This document shows positions 1 to 12,448 of a DNA stretch of 64,000 bases, in pieces. The stretch lies in assembly GCF_006345805.1 (NCBI RefSeq), contig NC_042997.1, positions 185,132,001 to 185,196,000 on the forward strand, given 5' to 3'. The position numbers and the translations under genes are program-made. Source of the DNA: Octopus sinensis. Lineage: Eukaryota. The notes under the pieces are model-generated. The model had not been told where the DNA came from. It ran no database searches and saw only the letters and a list, made by a program, of their open reading frames with translations. The first letter of the stretch is position 1. Each line of letters opens with the position of its first letter.

Positions 1-99
1 CCTTTAAAAACAAGGAGTTACAACCTCTTTACTTGTGTGATTTTTTGCTACTCTAGTAACTCTTTTTTCGTGTTAATTGTTAACAAGGAAAATTCACTC

Positions 100-137
<38 letters not shown>

Positions 138-237
138 GAGTGTAACTCTTTTTTCGTGTTAATTGTTAACAAAGGACAATACACTCATCTATTTATATAT
201 ATATATATATATATAATATATATATATATATATAATT

Positions 238-955
238 AATTAACAATTGAGGATAAAATCTTTAAAAGAAATTATCAGTAGTCAGCGTGAAAAACCTCGT
301 AAGAGAAAAAATCCGTAAAATCTTCCTCTTTGAAAATATTCATTTATATTATATTGAGGGTACTACTATTCGTAGATACCAACACGCTAAGAGGGACCAA
401 TGCGGTCAAAACTACTAAAATAAACAAAATTTTACCGAATGCAAAACTTCAAAACACATCATTTTAAAAAAGAATTCAGTTACATATCACATGTGATTTC
501 GCATTTAATGCAGAATATGCATTTCATGTTCGTCAGTGCAACAAACTCAAGAAATATAAGAAAAAACATAACATTACAAACTCGATAGCCAACCGTAGAA
601 TTCGTCGTAGCTTGTACGAATGTTTATCCTTACATATCTATGAAAATGGCGGGCTTTTTCGCAATGCATTTCGGTGACAAATTGCCTAGTCGGAATAAAA
701 ATTCAGTATTGAACTATTCCGGTGAAAAATATAAATTAACAATTGAGGATAAAATCTTTAAAAGAAATTATCAGTAGTCAGCGTGAAAAATCTCGTAAGA
801 GAAAAAATCCGTAAATTCTTCCTCTTTGAAAATATTCATTTATATTATATTGAGGGTACTACTATTCGTATTTTGTTTATTTTTAGTAGTTTTGACCGCA
901 TTGGTCCCTCTTAGCGTGTTGGTATCTACGAATAGTAGTACCCTCAATATAATAT
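238..955 (-). mobile_element. Penelope/retrozyme-like non-coding element: 496-bp unit with partial tandem repeat and terminal inversion, inserted in (TA)n
   Basis: Direct repeat 238-374 = 734-870; 870-955 is the reverse complement of ~346-430; flanked by (TA)n; contains a hammerhead motif. Confidence 0.7.
479..542 (-). ncRNA. Minimal type-I hammerhead ribozyme motif
   Basis: Minus strand GUUGCA-CUGACGA-[acau ga aaugca uauuc ugcauu aa augc]-GAAA-UCACAUGUGA-UA-UGUAAC: stem I GUUGCA/UGUAAC, palindromic stem III, AUA cleavage triplet; A-C mismatch at 10.1/11.1. Confidence 0.75.
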
Positions 956-959
956 ATAT

Positions 960-1013
<54 letters not shown>

Positions 1014-1116
1014 ATATATATTGTTTTATTTATATTTCCTGAGCGCCATACTAATACAATTGTTCGTTTGTTTTCCACCTCCCTTCGTCTTTTGTTTATT
1101 TTCATAAAGCTTCCCG

Positions 1117-1166
<50 letters not shown>

Positions 1167-1499
1167 TAAATAGATGAGTGTATTTTCCTTTGTTAACAAT
1201 TAACACGAGAAAAGAGTTACTAGAGTAGCAAAAAATCACACAAGTAAAGAGGTTGTAACTCCTTGTTTTTAAAGGTAGAAACTTCGGGTTTACATGGAAT
1301 TTTTTGTATAATATATAAATAAATAAATGGAGTTTAACGTAGGTATAATTCAAATACTTTTACTTCCGACACATATTTCGAAGATTTCACTGATATTATT
1401 CCAAAGGAATAAATGTTTTGTCTCGGGTTCAACCCGAGCACCTTTTAAGCAGTTCTATATATTTCGTAAGAAAGAATATTATTATTATTATTATTATTA

Positions 1500-1540
<41 letters not shown>

Positions 1541-1682
1541 CATTTTATATATATATGTGTATATATAAACACTATATATGTGCGTGTGAGTGTGTGTACA
1601 TGTATATACACACATACACTCATGCGTACACACACATATAAAAATATACATACATATATGCAAGTATTTTGTATATATGTCT

Positions 1683-1920
1683 GGAGGGGTATGGCTTAGA
1701 AGTTAGGGGTATTGAACTCATAATCGTGAGATTGTGGTTTCTATTCTTGGACCTGGCATTGTGTCGTTTTCTTGAGTACCTTGCTCCAATCCTCTCAACT
1801 GACACAAATGAGTAATCCTGCGATGTCCCGGCGTCTCGTCCAGGGAGGAGGAGTATATACGCCAACGAATCTGCGAAATCGACCTTCTGAGCCTATGGCT
1901 CGGGAAAGATCTTTGATCCC
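1683..1920 (+). mobile_element. Diverged tRNA-derived SINE (family of 5026-5268)
   Basis: A-box-like tggcttagaagttagg, decayed B-box, shared aatgagtaa.cctgcgatg...cgtccagg core. Confidence 0.65.
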
Positions 1921-2061
1921 TTTTTGTATGTGTGTATGTATGTATGTATGTATGTATGTATGCATTATGTATATAAATATGTATGAACGTATGACTGTGT
2001 GTGTATATATATATATATACATACATATATATGTGTGTGTGTGTGTGTGCTTTTGTTTGTG

Positions 2062-2159
2062 TGGCCGAGTGGTCTAAGGTACGTGTGATGCACCTTAACC
2101 GGATCATTGAGTATTCTGGTCCACGAATGTGGGCATGGGTTCGAATCCCACCTCTGACA
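2062..2159 (+). pseudogene. tRNA-Leu-like (intron-containing, CAA-type) pseudogene
   Basis: tggccgagtggtctaagg D-arm; ttctggtccacgaatgtgggc variable arm; gggttcgaatcccacctctgaca T-arm/acceptor; 5' acceptor strand and anticodon stem are missing. Confidence 0.65.
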
Positions 2160-2272
2160 GATAAAGATTTCATTTTATTTTAAAGGCGGTGCTCCAGCAT
2201 GGCCGCAGTCAAATGACTGAAACAAGTAAAAGAGTAAAAGAGCATACACAGACACAACCACACATATATATG

Positions 2273-2331
<59 letters not shown>

Positions 2332-2428
2332 TGCATCTTTTTTAGTGTGTGCGTATGTACATAATTTCATAAACCTGTTATTTTATGCACTCATAAATAA
2401 TATACAACTAATTACAAACAGACTGCCT

Positions 2429-2474
<46 letters not shown>

Positions 2475-3407
2475 GAGGATCAAGCAAATACTCAATTAAT
2501 CATCGATTTTGAGTAATGACATTTGAGAATAGATATGTTTATGTACGTATAAACGCCTCTCTCCTTACAGCAACAGTAGAAACTAAGGCAAATTCCGGAA
2601 TAGTAAACATAAATATCTGAGAGTATGGCAGATGCAAATAGCTAGCATCAATCAAATGTGTTTCTTTGTTCACATACTTGCGATGTTTGATACATGAAGA
2701 TTCTATGATATATATTTCTGAGTCTATATATATTTTACTGAATACTTCCGAAGCTTTTGCGAACGGATGTGTCAGTAGTGAGGAATGGCTATATTACAAT
2801 GAGAATACGGATAACATGAATATATGCTTCTCTTATGAAGGCATTTAATTTGCTCCTCAGCATAGTAAAAAAAAAAAAATTGTGAATTTATGAACTGTGC
2901 TTGGATTTCAAAAGCAGTCAGCACTGTAATAGATTCTACAAGGTGGGTGGGAAAACAGGAAGTAGAATAAGGATAATCTGTTCTCCGTCCCACAGAAGCC
3001 TTTCTCTGCTTATCTGTACCCGATGTCCATTCTCGTTTACTAGAAAAAGCCAGTATCAATTTCCTCGAGTTTTCCTTTCCCTCAAACAGACTCGATAATC
3101 TCACAAGCATCTGTGCACTGGATTTTAATTTATTTAACATCATCCATATGATTTTTTGATTTCCATGTTATATATATATGGTGGGTTTATTCATACGAGA
3201 CTAATCTGCTGATATTCTTCGGGAAATACATTCTGAGTATGTGTTTGCATTAGTTCTCAGATCAATTTGTTCGCTTCTTTACAGTGTTATTTAAATAAAC
3301 ACGAAAAATATTTCTCTCGATGTGTTTTCTGTTAAGATCTATTCTACCTTTAGAACTTGTTCAAACCTTTCCTGAAATTTAAATAAATTTTATCTCTTTT
3401 CAGTTGT

Positions 3408-4405
3408 ATGGCGATGGGATGCCAAATAGAAAAGAAACATTCGACATCTGCCTCTCTTTACTGTTGATCAAGATTCCAAAACTGCTAAAGCTGTGTTGCG
3501 TACGGACAATGCACTATGACTGAACGAATTGCATACAAATGACTCTTCCACTTCAAGGATGGGCACATTGAGCTCACAGATTCTCTGCGTTCGAGTAGAC
3601 CTGTTAGGTTCGAAGAGGATAAATTGAATGAGATCAACTTCGAGGATGCATGCCAATCCACTAGGGAATTGGCTCAACAGATGTGATACTGTCATGATAT
3701 CGTCTCTTAACACTTTTAGTCGATGGATAAGGTCCAAAAACCCGGTGCGTGTATAACCATACGCTCTGAAAGAAAGGAACAAGCTCGAGCGCTTCTCTAT
3801 CACCGTTGGTTTGCACGTTCGGTACTCCACAACTCGTAGGCGCTGACATTTCTTTACCGAATCGTCATTGGCGATGAAGCATGTCTTTACGTTAATATGA
3901 AACACAAGAGTAAAACTCAAGACAAGCCAGAGTTGCAGCCACGAAACGCTATGGTCTGTGTGTTGTAGGATGGAGAAGTGCTAATAAACTACATGATCCT
4001 TGAAAACTAGAACTTTTCGTTTTGCAGATATACCAGCTCAATGAAGAGTTCCAGCAGAAACGACTCGACTGGTGACATAGCGTTCTTCTTCAACATGACA
4101 ACGCTCGCCTAACATGCCATTCATTTAATTTGACTAAAAAATGCTATTTAAGAGTTCGGTTTTACTGCAGCGTTTTACTGCATCCAACATATTCTACTGA
4201 CACAGTGACTTCAGACTATCACCTTTTACGGTCGCTTTCCAACAGTCTGCAAGGTGTTTCGTTCAATAACGACGTAGAGATAAAAACGTAGGTCGATAAA
4301 TTCTTTGAATCAAGACCCGATAATTTCTACCGACAAAGCATCGACAATCTTGGGGAACGATGGTGAGTAGCTGTGGACAATCAATAAAAATATATTATTC
4401 ATTGA
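3408..4405 (+). pseudogene. Decayed mariner (DD34D) transposase
   Basis: Recognisable motifs across stops and frameshifts: QSTRELA, RIVIGDE, VLLQHDNAR, HPTYSTDTVTSDYHLL (YSPDLAPSDYHLF-like), FYRQSIDNLGERW. Confidence 0.85.
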
Positions 4406-5025
4406 TTTCTTGAAAATGATGAAAAATACGGATTAAATGGAAACAAACAGATTTATTAGACAATGCAAAATGTGTGTATGTATACATGCATGTATGTTTA
4501 TCCTTGTATTATTTCTTTCAGTCAATATTTGGAGGTAATTTTTTTAGTTATTCGATAGCCCTCAGTGTATTTCATTATAAATGCCTTTATACGTAAGGCC
4601 TTTATACGTATAAAAACATTTACTTTTACTACGTATAAAGGCCTTATGATTTATTAGATCCTGAAATTTATTTCATATATCTCCAAAGGATACTAGGTAA
4701 GACAACTTGTGGCAACAAACAGCCAGAAACTTCTCGTTATACTGCTAATTTCGTTATACAGCAAATTTCTGTTGAAGACCGTCATATTTAAATGGTGAAA
4801 CAATCTAAGAAACGCAAGAGGCAAATATTATTGCGAAGTAGAGAGATGAAACTAAATACTAAAGAGCATCTTCTCCGGCGTTTTACCACTGTACTTCTTA
4901 TCTGTCTTTCTAATATCTTTATAAGAATAATCATATTAATAAACAATAAAAAAACTATTCCTTATTTCTCAGTACATACATACAATATAACTCCCTTACT
5001 CTTAAAATACGCTTCTATTAAGAGT

Positions 5026-5268
5026 GGAGGCGCATGGCTTAGTGGTTAGGGTGTCAGCATCATGATTATAAGATTGTTGTTTCGATTCCTGGACCGAGCG
5101 ACGCGTTGTGTCGAGCAAAACACTTCATTTCACGTTGCTCCAGTCCACTCAGCTGGCAAAAATGAGTAACGCTGCGATAGACTGGCGTCCCATCCAGCTG
5201 GGGAACACATACGCCCTTGAAACCGGGAAACCGGGCCCATGAGCCTGACTAGGCTTTAAAAGGGCGCA
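5026..5268 (+). mobile_element. tRNA-derived SINE
   Basis: A-box tggcttagtggttagg, B-box gtttcgattcc, tail gaaaccgggaaaccgggcccatgagcctg shared with 63290-63340. Confidence 0.8.
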
Positions 5269-6359
5269 AAAAATTATTATTTAAGAACCTTTTGAATTAT
5301 TTATGAAGGACAGTATCGCGTTTCTATGTGTTCAAGGATCTGCTAGATTAGCAGCCCATATTCTCTGAAATCCCACAGCAATGTCCTTAGATTATCAGTA
5401 AAGCACCTTTAGATAATATATAGAACATCGCAAAAATGAAGTGGAGAAAAAAAAAACGGGATGATCGCAGTTGGAATGCTTTTAAAATGCATCTGATCAA
5501 ATGATACCGCTATGGGGTTAAGCAACAACACACCAACAAACGTAACTTTATATTTATTTCCTACAACTGTTGTTATCATACTTACTGACTCTACCCAATG
5601 GTTAGAAATTATATCTTCGGCAATTGTTGTAAAGAATCAGCCCTAATATTAAATATATATATCTCTGGACGCATAAATAGATAAAATAACATAGTTATGT
5701 ACAAGAGATTCTTTCAAATCTATTCACAACCCTCTAACGCTTTTCTACAACTATCACACTCTTTAATTATATACCTTAGTCTTCCTTCCAGCATAACTAA
5801 CAATTACCAACAAAGAACTTATTGATTTTCATCTCGCGTTTTGTATTTATTTTTAAAAATCTCATTTACAATTCTTACTTTATAGATACTTTAATTACTT
5901 CAGATCTATCATATAAAATCTTTTGCCTGGAATCCGTTTCCTTTTTCCTTTGAAGAAAATGTTTTGGAAGACCAATTTCAGCGACAATTTTTGGTTATTT
6001 TCTCAGCTATTTAATAAAGTGGTTTTACACTCGAAGAAAAGAATCTTGTTTATTTTAAACACCCTCACCTCCTAAGAATCTAAGCAGTGACTATCACAGC
6101 TTTCTCTTAAAATTTCGTCCTCTTCTCATATCGCCTTCCCATCTAAATATCACAGTTACTTTCAATGTCCATCATCAGCATCGTCATCATCGTTACTTTC
6201 TTCTTCTTCTTCTTCTTCTTCTTCTTCTTCTTCTTCTTCTTCTTCTTCTTCTTCTTCTTCTTCTTCTTCTTCCCCGCGCCCATCATCATCATCATCATCA
6301 TCATCATCATGACCACCACCATCGTCATCGTCGTCGTCGTCGTCATCATCATTATCATC

Positions 6360-6441
<82 letters not shown>

Positions 6442-6559
6442 ATTGTTGTTGCTGTTGTTATTATTATTATTATTATTTATTATTATTCATATCATTATTA
6501 TTATTATTATATCCGTTCTTTTCAGCTATCTAATACTTTTCTGATTATTCTAGCCATGC

Positions 6560-7625
6560 CAAAGAGGCAAACCTTTTGTAACAGTCCTACTGGGCAGTCT
6601 ATTCCAAAATTCCTTTACATTCCTCTTGATGGCTTCTGATACTGTTCTAAAGGACCCAACAGTAATTGGTACTGTCTTCACCTTCTTCATTTTCTATAGC
6701 CGGGCTATTTCGTAAAAAGTCCCAGAGGATTTTTGCCCTCTCATTTTCGTCCATTATCTTTTCCTGTGTATGTTTGTAACAAGCAACCTTTACCTCATAT
6801 CCATACTTCCGGCATAGTAGCCAGTTAAGGCTTGGGCTACCTTGTCGTGTCTGCGCGTGTATTCTTTTGGCACAAGACTTTCGGAAGCACTAACAATGTG
6901 AGTCAAGCTTTTGACCCTCTTCCCACATATTTTGCAGAGTTGTATTTATCTATCTTTTCGCCATCCATCTTGACTATTCGTGGGTCAAAGGGGGAATGCA
7001 ACATCGACTATATAGTATATGTGGTGCACCTTGTCGACCACCACTAGCTCCGCTCTGTTATGCACTAGCACCTGATCTGTTTGGATTGAAAAAATCCTAG
7101 AGGATTTTGCTAATCTCTGACTCCGCCCCTCTCTGCAGCTTGTGTTCATATCACGTCCTCCCTCTCTCGGGCTCCCACTTTTCGCACAGTTTCCAATGTA
7201 GCACTTTCGCCACCTTGTCGTATCGCCACAAATTGTAATGGTTTGGGGCAAGTGTAGAGTATTCGTTCCTGATACGAGCAAGGATTTCATCCACCCTGTT
7301 GCAGATGTGGCACAGCGGAGACCCTTGCTCATTCCTAAGGTTGACCCACCAGTTCGTTGCCAAAGCTTGGTCCTGCGTTGCCAATATAGTGCTATACTCT
7401 TTTACTCTTTTTACATTTTTCAGTCATTTGACTATGGCCATACCGGAGCACCGCCTTTAGTCGAGAAAATCGCCCCCAGTATTTATTTTCTGTGAGCCTA
7501 GTACTTATTCTATCATTCTCTTTTGCCGAACTGCTAAGTTACGGGGACGTAAACACAGCAGCATCGGTTGTCAAGTTATGTTGGGGGACAAACAAAGACA
7601 CACAAACACACACACACACACACGC

Positions 7626-7718
<93 letters not shown>

Positions 7719-8280
7719 TACGACGAGCTTCTTTCAGTTTCCGTCTACCAAATCCATTCACAAGGCTTTGGTCGGCCCGAGGTTATAGTAGAAGGCACTT
7801 GCCCAAGGTGCAACGCAGTGGGACTGAACCCGGAACCATGTGGTTCATAAGCAAGCTACTTACCACACAGCCACTCCTACGCCGACGGTCTCCTTTTTTA
7901 GGATGCCTTTCATCAGCCAATCCTACCTATTTTTTCCATCAATTTCTGTTGTGGCTACATGGAATTAATTGTGTCGTCCCTTGTTGCGTAATTCTTCTTC
8001 ATGTGCTTTTTTGCACTTCTTCCTTTGTTTCCCTGTTTTGTCTGCCCTCAATACTCCCGCTAACTGTCACTAGCAAAGTTCCCTTATTTTGGGCTAGGTA
8101 TCTCATTAAGCCTTTGAATTCAATACGCACGCAGTCTTGCACATTTATCCGTCCCTTTCCTCCATTTGATCTCTTCATGTATAGGCGATCAGTGTCTGCA
8201 CGTGGATGATGGGCTCCATGCATCGGTAGGAGCTTTCTTGACTTATTATTATTAATGTCATTTACTTTTAATCTGCATGT
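6560..8280 (-). mobile_element. Decayed R4/Dong-like (restriction-like endonuclease) non-LTR retrotransposon 3' region, interrupted by a SINE
   Basis: HHPRADTDRLYMKRSNGGKG, QDQAL, CHIC..., DKVAKVLHWKLCEKW, IQTDQV, VDVAFP motifs; adjacent to (ATT)n tracts. Confidence 0.75.
7395..7883 (-). mobile_element. Major bipartite tRNA-SINE (family A; internal (TA)n/(TG)n, gagtaaaa tail)
   Basis: Head ggagtggctgtgtggtaag...gggttcagtcccac; tail gcagtcaaatgactgaaacaagtaaaagag; more than 12 related copies in the window. Confidence 0.9.
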
Positions 8281-8427
8281 TTGATGCAATCACTTGCCGG
8301 GGCACACCCAGCGCCCTAGGGCAAGTGAAGGTTAAGAGTTGTTGAAATATAGCTGAAAGCTTGGGGAGGGGAGGTTGAGAAATATCTCCATGTAATACAA
8401 CCAAACATTTACATTGATAGGGTTTTT

Positions 8428-8520
8428 CTAAGGATGTGGGCAGTACTTGTTAGCACAATCTTTTGGATTTCCTTGAGACATGGTTCTCCAGGGATATTGT
8501 CTAGGTGTTTCTGACATCCC

Positions 8521-8588
<68 letters not shown>

Positions 8589-8899
8589 TATGTTTGACTT
8601 TTGCTTTATGTCTGTACAAGTTGGCTCCAAGTCTCACCCAGAGACCTCAAGAGACAACAAGTAGGAAGTTCTGTGCCATATATTTGGGTTTTTTTTTTTT
8701 TTTGGTGTTGTACTAGTGAATGTCTAATACATAAAAATAAAATAAAAAAAAACAAAATTAATTAATAAATAAATAAATAAATAAAAAGTTTGTTTTAAAC
8801 CTTGGGATTACATAGAGAGTATTTTGCGTAGGATATGAGCAGTTCCCATGGAGCACTATCTTTTGAATTTCTGCCATTTTGGGGTTTCCTGGTATCTGA

Positions 8900-8900
<1 letters not shown>
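8428..8900 (-). mobile_element. Two short R4/Dong-like 3' ends in (AAT)n microsatellites
   Basis: IPGEPCLKEIQKIVLTSTAHIL and QIPGNPKMAEIQKIVL...; each abuts (ATT)n. Confidence 0.7.
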
Positions 8901-8939
<39 letters not shown>

Positions 8940-9029
8940 TATTATTATTATTATTCAACCAAAGCCTGGGATAGAACATAGTCAAGGGTGAAATATAATG
9001 ATTTGAAAATAAGTTACTCAAATGGATCA

Positions 9030-9520
9030 GGTCATTTGAATATCTTGGAGGTATAAAGTTTAAGCGTACTCTTGATGACGAAATCTATATTAGAATATCT
9101 AAGACTACAAGTGCTTTCGGAAAACTCTTCCAACGTTTATGGAATTAATACGATTTCAGTTTGAAAATTAAAATAAGTGTAAACAAATCTTGTATGTGCA
9201 GAATCATGGAGTCGCTACTACAGACTTATAAAGATACTGGAAACCTTTCACATGTACCTATTTCTTTATTACCCACAAGGGGCCAAACACAGAGCAGACA
9301 AACAAGGACAGACATAGGTATTAAGTCGATTACATCGACCCCAGTGCGTAAGTGGTACTTAATTTATCGACCCCGAAAGGATGAAAGGCAAAGTCGACCT
9401 CGGCGGAATTTGAACTCAGAACGTAACGACAGACGAAATACGGCTACGCATTTCGCCCGGCGTGCTAGCGTTTCTGCCAGCTCGCCTTTCACATGTACCG
9501 TGTTACGCAGTTGATATCTT
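9030..9520 (+). mobile_element. RTE-like LINE reverse transcriptase fragment interrupted by a SINE
   Basis: FEYLGG...LDDEIYIRISKTTSAFGKLFQRLW. Confidence 0.65.
9259..9485 (-). mobile_element. tRNA-SINE family B (Meta-domain-like core) with 15-bp TSD
   Basis: ggcgagctggcagaaacg...gagttcaaattcc...gcctttcatcctttcggggtcgat; TSD cctttcacatgtacc at 9244 and 9486. Confidence 0.85.
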
Positions 9521-9799
9521 CAGTATCAAAGTCATGCTGTTGAGAATCCAATGTAGATGAGCTGGACAAGTTTATCGAATGCAAGATGATTGCATTCCGC
9601 ATATTGTTTTGTATGACCAATATGTAGGAGTATTCAGCGGTAAAGGAAAACCTGTCCTTAGGTATAAATATACGTTGAAGCAATGACTAAAATCACAAGT
9701 GCTTAATTTAACGTCTAGGGAAAGTTATTACCTGGATCGATCTGAATGGCATTAAATGTGTCATGACGCAACTAAACTATTTGAGCTGAAGAAACAGAA

Positions 9800-11560
9800 C
9801 AATAAGAGAATGTTATCCAGAAGTTAAAAGGCACATTTGTAAAGTTTCTGGCATATTCAAAAGCATAAATGTCCCCAATTTGACTTCATAGCGAGTTCCA
9901 TACCTGGATGCAAATTACATTCAAGCATCCACCGCAAATAGGATGCGACCTCTTTTATTTTTAATCCTTTGCTTCAAAGTCCTCCATTGTGGAGAACGTC
10001 TGCTTGGTAGTCTGCTATGAGTAGAGTTTGATCCTGAGTTCCATTGTTAAAACCTTCAGTTTCTGCCTTTAAGCATGAACTACACAAACACTGGGTGTTC
10101 TCTCTCTCTCTCTCTTTTTATCTATATCTGCTTCCCTTCGCTTGGGATACTGTCCATGGAGGAGACGCAATGGCCCAGTGGTTAGGGCAGCGGACTCGCG
10201 GTCATAGGATCGCGGTTTCGATTCCCAGACCGGGCGTTGTGAGTGTTTATTGGGCGAAAACACCTAAAGCTCCACGAGGCTCCGGCAGGGGATGGTGGTG
10301 ATCCCTGCTGTACTCTTTCACCATAACTTTCTCTCACTCTTACTTCCTGTTTCTGTTGTACCTGTATTTCAAAGGGCTGGCCTTGTCACTCTCTGTGTCA
10401 CGCTGAATATCCCCGAGAACTACGTTAAGGGTACACGTGTCTGTGGAGTGCTCAGCCACTTACACGTTAATTTCACGAGCAGGCTGTTCCGTTGATTCGG
10501 ATCAACCGGAACCCTCGTCGTCGTAACCGACGGAGTGCTTCCACAGTACTGTCCATGGAGCAGTTTCCCTTGCCATTTGTTTCTAAGCTTCCTCAGGCCT
10601 TCTTTAGCTTACAGGTTGTGTTTTGTTGATTATGCTGGTATTGCAGTTTCGTTGATTTACATCTCACTTTAGTTCTCTTTTATACTTCTGTGCCTCTTTA
10701 ATAACAGAAAGTATCATGTTATCCCCTTCATGTTGATTTACTAGCTCTATCATGCGGTCGAAGTTATTCTGAATTTATGAATTAAGTCCTATTTTGGTGA
10801 CCTCGTAGGATAATTGTTGATGGCTCAAGCCCCCTACCACTCTCTTTAAGGGGAACGTTGATTCTATGACCATCAGATCTTGGATGATGCATTTTGTTTG
10901 CGTTTATTAGTTTTCTCGATTTGGTGTCCATTCGTCGAAGTTCATTTACATTCTGTTAATTAATTTATTACTGTACTGTGCCACTGGGATACCAAGTGAA
11001 TTAATGGTTTGAATCCTATTCTGGGAATTCAGTTTCGTTTTGACAATCAGCCTTATTCTCCTATAATATTCTCTCCTGATTTATTCCTTCATGGTGATGT
11101 GTAGCATCCCTTTCCCTTCATTGATTCTCAGATATTTGTATGCTCCATCTTAGTCTCATTCTCTGATAGCAGTGTTGTCATTTAGCGTAATGAACGATGT
11201 AGAAATGAGTTTTTCCTGTTTAACTATTGCTATGGTACAATTAAAGCCAAATACCATATTAATAGTGTCACTAAAACTTTACACACTTGTTAGTACTCCC
11301 GCCAGATCAATATTGTTTTTGTATATGCCTTGAGGTCATCCGTATAAAAAAGGTGTGAGATGGTTCTATCAAAGATTTTGTAACCATATTATGTACGGTT
11401 CAAGTCACGTGAAGTACGTGTGCTAAACAAAAAGTTATGGGGGCAATGAGTCTCTTTGAAATACATTTTGGTTAATCGTGATACTGCCAGATGTACTTAT
11501 ATCTTTAGTATGATTGAGGTACAATTTTGTCTATCACATTCGCATACTTTAGCGAAATAT
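9800..11560 (-). mobile_element. Decayed R4/Dong-like LINE (RT through zinc-knuckle region)
   Basis: TISHLFYTDDLK, YKYL..., IRREYYRRIRLIVKTKLNSQNRIQTINSL, AETEGF...QDQTL motifs. Confidence 0.75.
10160..10546 (+). mobile_element. tRNA-SINE family C with TSD, nested in a LINE
   Basis: Head gcaatggcccagtggttagggcagcgg...ggtttcgattcc; TSD tactgtccatggag at 10148 and 10547; near-identical copy at 40026-40412. Confidence 0.9.
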
Positions 11561-12346
11561 TATAACCCCGACACTCAAGCAATTTTGTCAGTCGACCACC
11601 CTCAATATTTGCACCTAATTTAGGCACAAGGGCTGGAATTCTGAGAAGAGTGTTTGCCGGCTACATCGACCTCCGTACATGTCAGGCGCTTTAATAATAC
11701 CGAAAGTACATCCCAGTGGATTCAGAACGTTAAGAGACAGGTCTACAAACCCACAAGGCATTTTATTCTAAGATTTTGCCAATCGACCACTTTCCGGAGT
11801 TAAATCGTTAAGAGCGGGAATGATATATCAATAATCAAATAGACTAAAGGAAACTACACATTGTAAAATAGGCTTAAGCGCCATTTCGGAAATAAAGTTC
11901 CTTGAGAAAGCAGAAATGTCGTATTTTCATACTTTGTCCAAATATGAAGAAAATAAGAAAAAAAAAAAACAATGAAATTAAGGAAGCCAATATGTAAACA
12001 GGTCTCAAAAATAATTATCACATTTAAGATTGTCAACTTCAACTTTATTTCACACTCACTCTCTCAAGATAACTAAAATTAAACTGTATACGCATAAATT
12101 TACTTTCAAATGCAATTCTGGTTATCTTCTAGCCGTGGAGTCATAATCAGAAACTGTGGTGTTTAAGAGCTTCAAGTTTTTACAAAATATATATTAATCC
12201 AGTCGACTAGCATTAAAAAAATGTTAGGCACATTCTCACGAACATTTCACGTCTTTGAAATAAATAATATGAATTTCATGGCCTGTATATTCTAAGTGCC
12301 GATATATCGAGTATCTTGCTTTTTACGCATTTTCACTGCGCAGCTT

Positions 12347-12448
12347 TTACATATTTTTTTTGTCTTCTGTAGTAAATTGCGTATCTCCGGAACTTTCATC
12401 TCGCAGCTGCAGTCTCTCGCTCGTCTTCTTAAATTCTAAAAGCATGTC
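12347..12448 (-). CDS. Probable last coding exon of an unidentified minus-strand gene (DMLLEFKK...EDKKNM*)
   Basis: ttcctgaacag acceptor; phase 0 matches the upstream exon; open to TAA. Confidence 0.55.
   Translation of the reverse strand, partial: DMLLEFKKTSERLQLRDESSGDTQFTTEDKKNM

Larger units (their letters stand above)
1..1275. repeat. Inverted repeat pair (1-~110 vs ~1165-1275) of a (TA)n-embedded element
   Basis: cctttaaaaacaaggagttacaacctc...ctcatctattta at 1-110 is the near-exact reverse complement of 1165-1275; a partial third copy lies at 129-195. Confidence 0.85.

Noticed and set aside
10160-10235. tRNA genes at SINE heads
   Set aside because: A and B boxes are present, but the sequences continue into SINE bodies with TSDs and lack a complete cloverleaf
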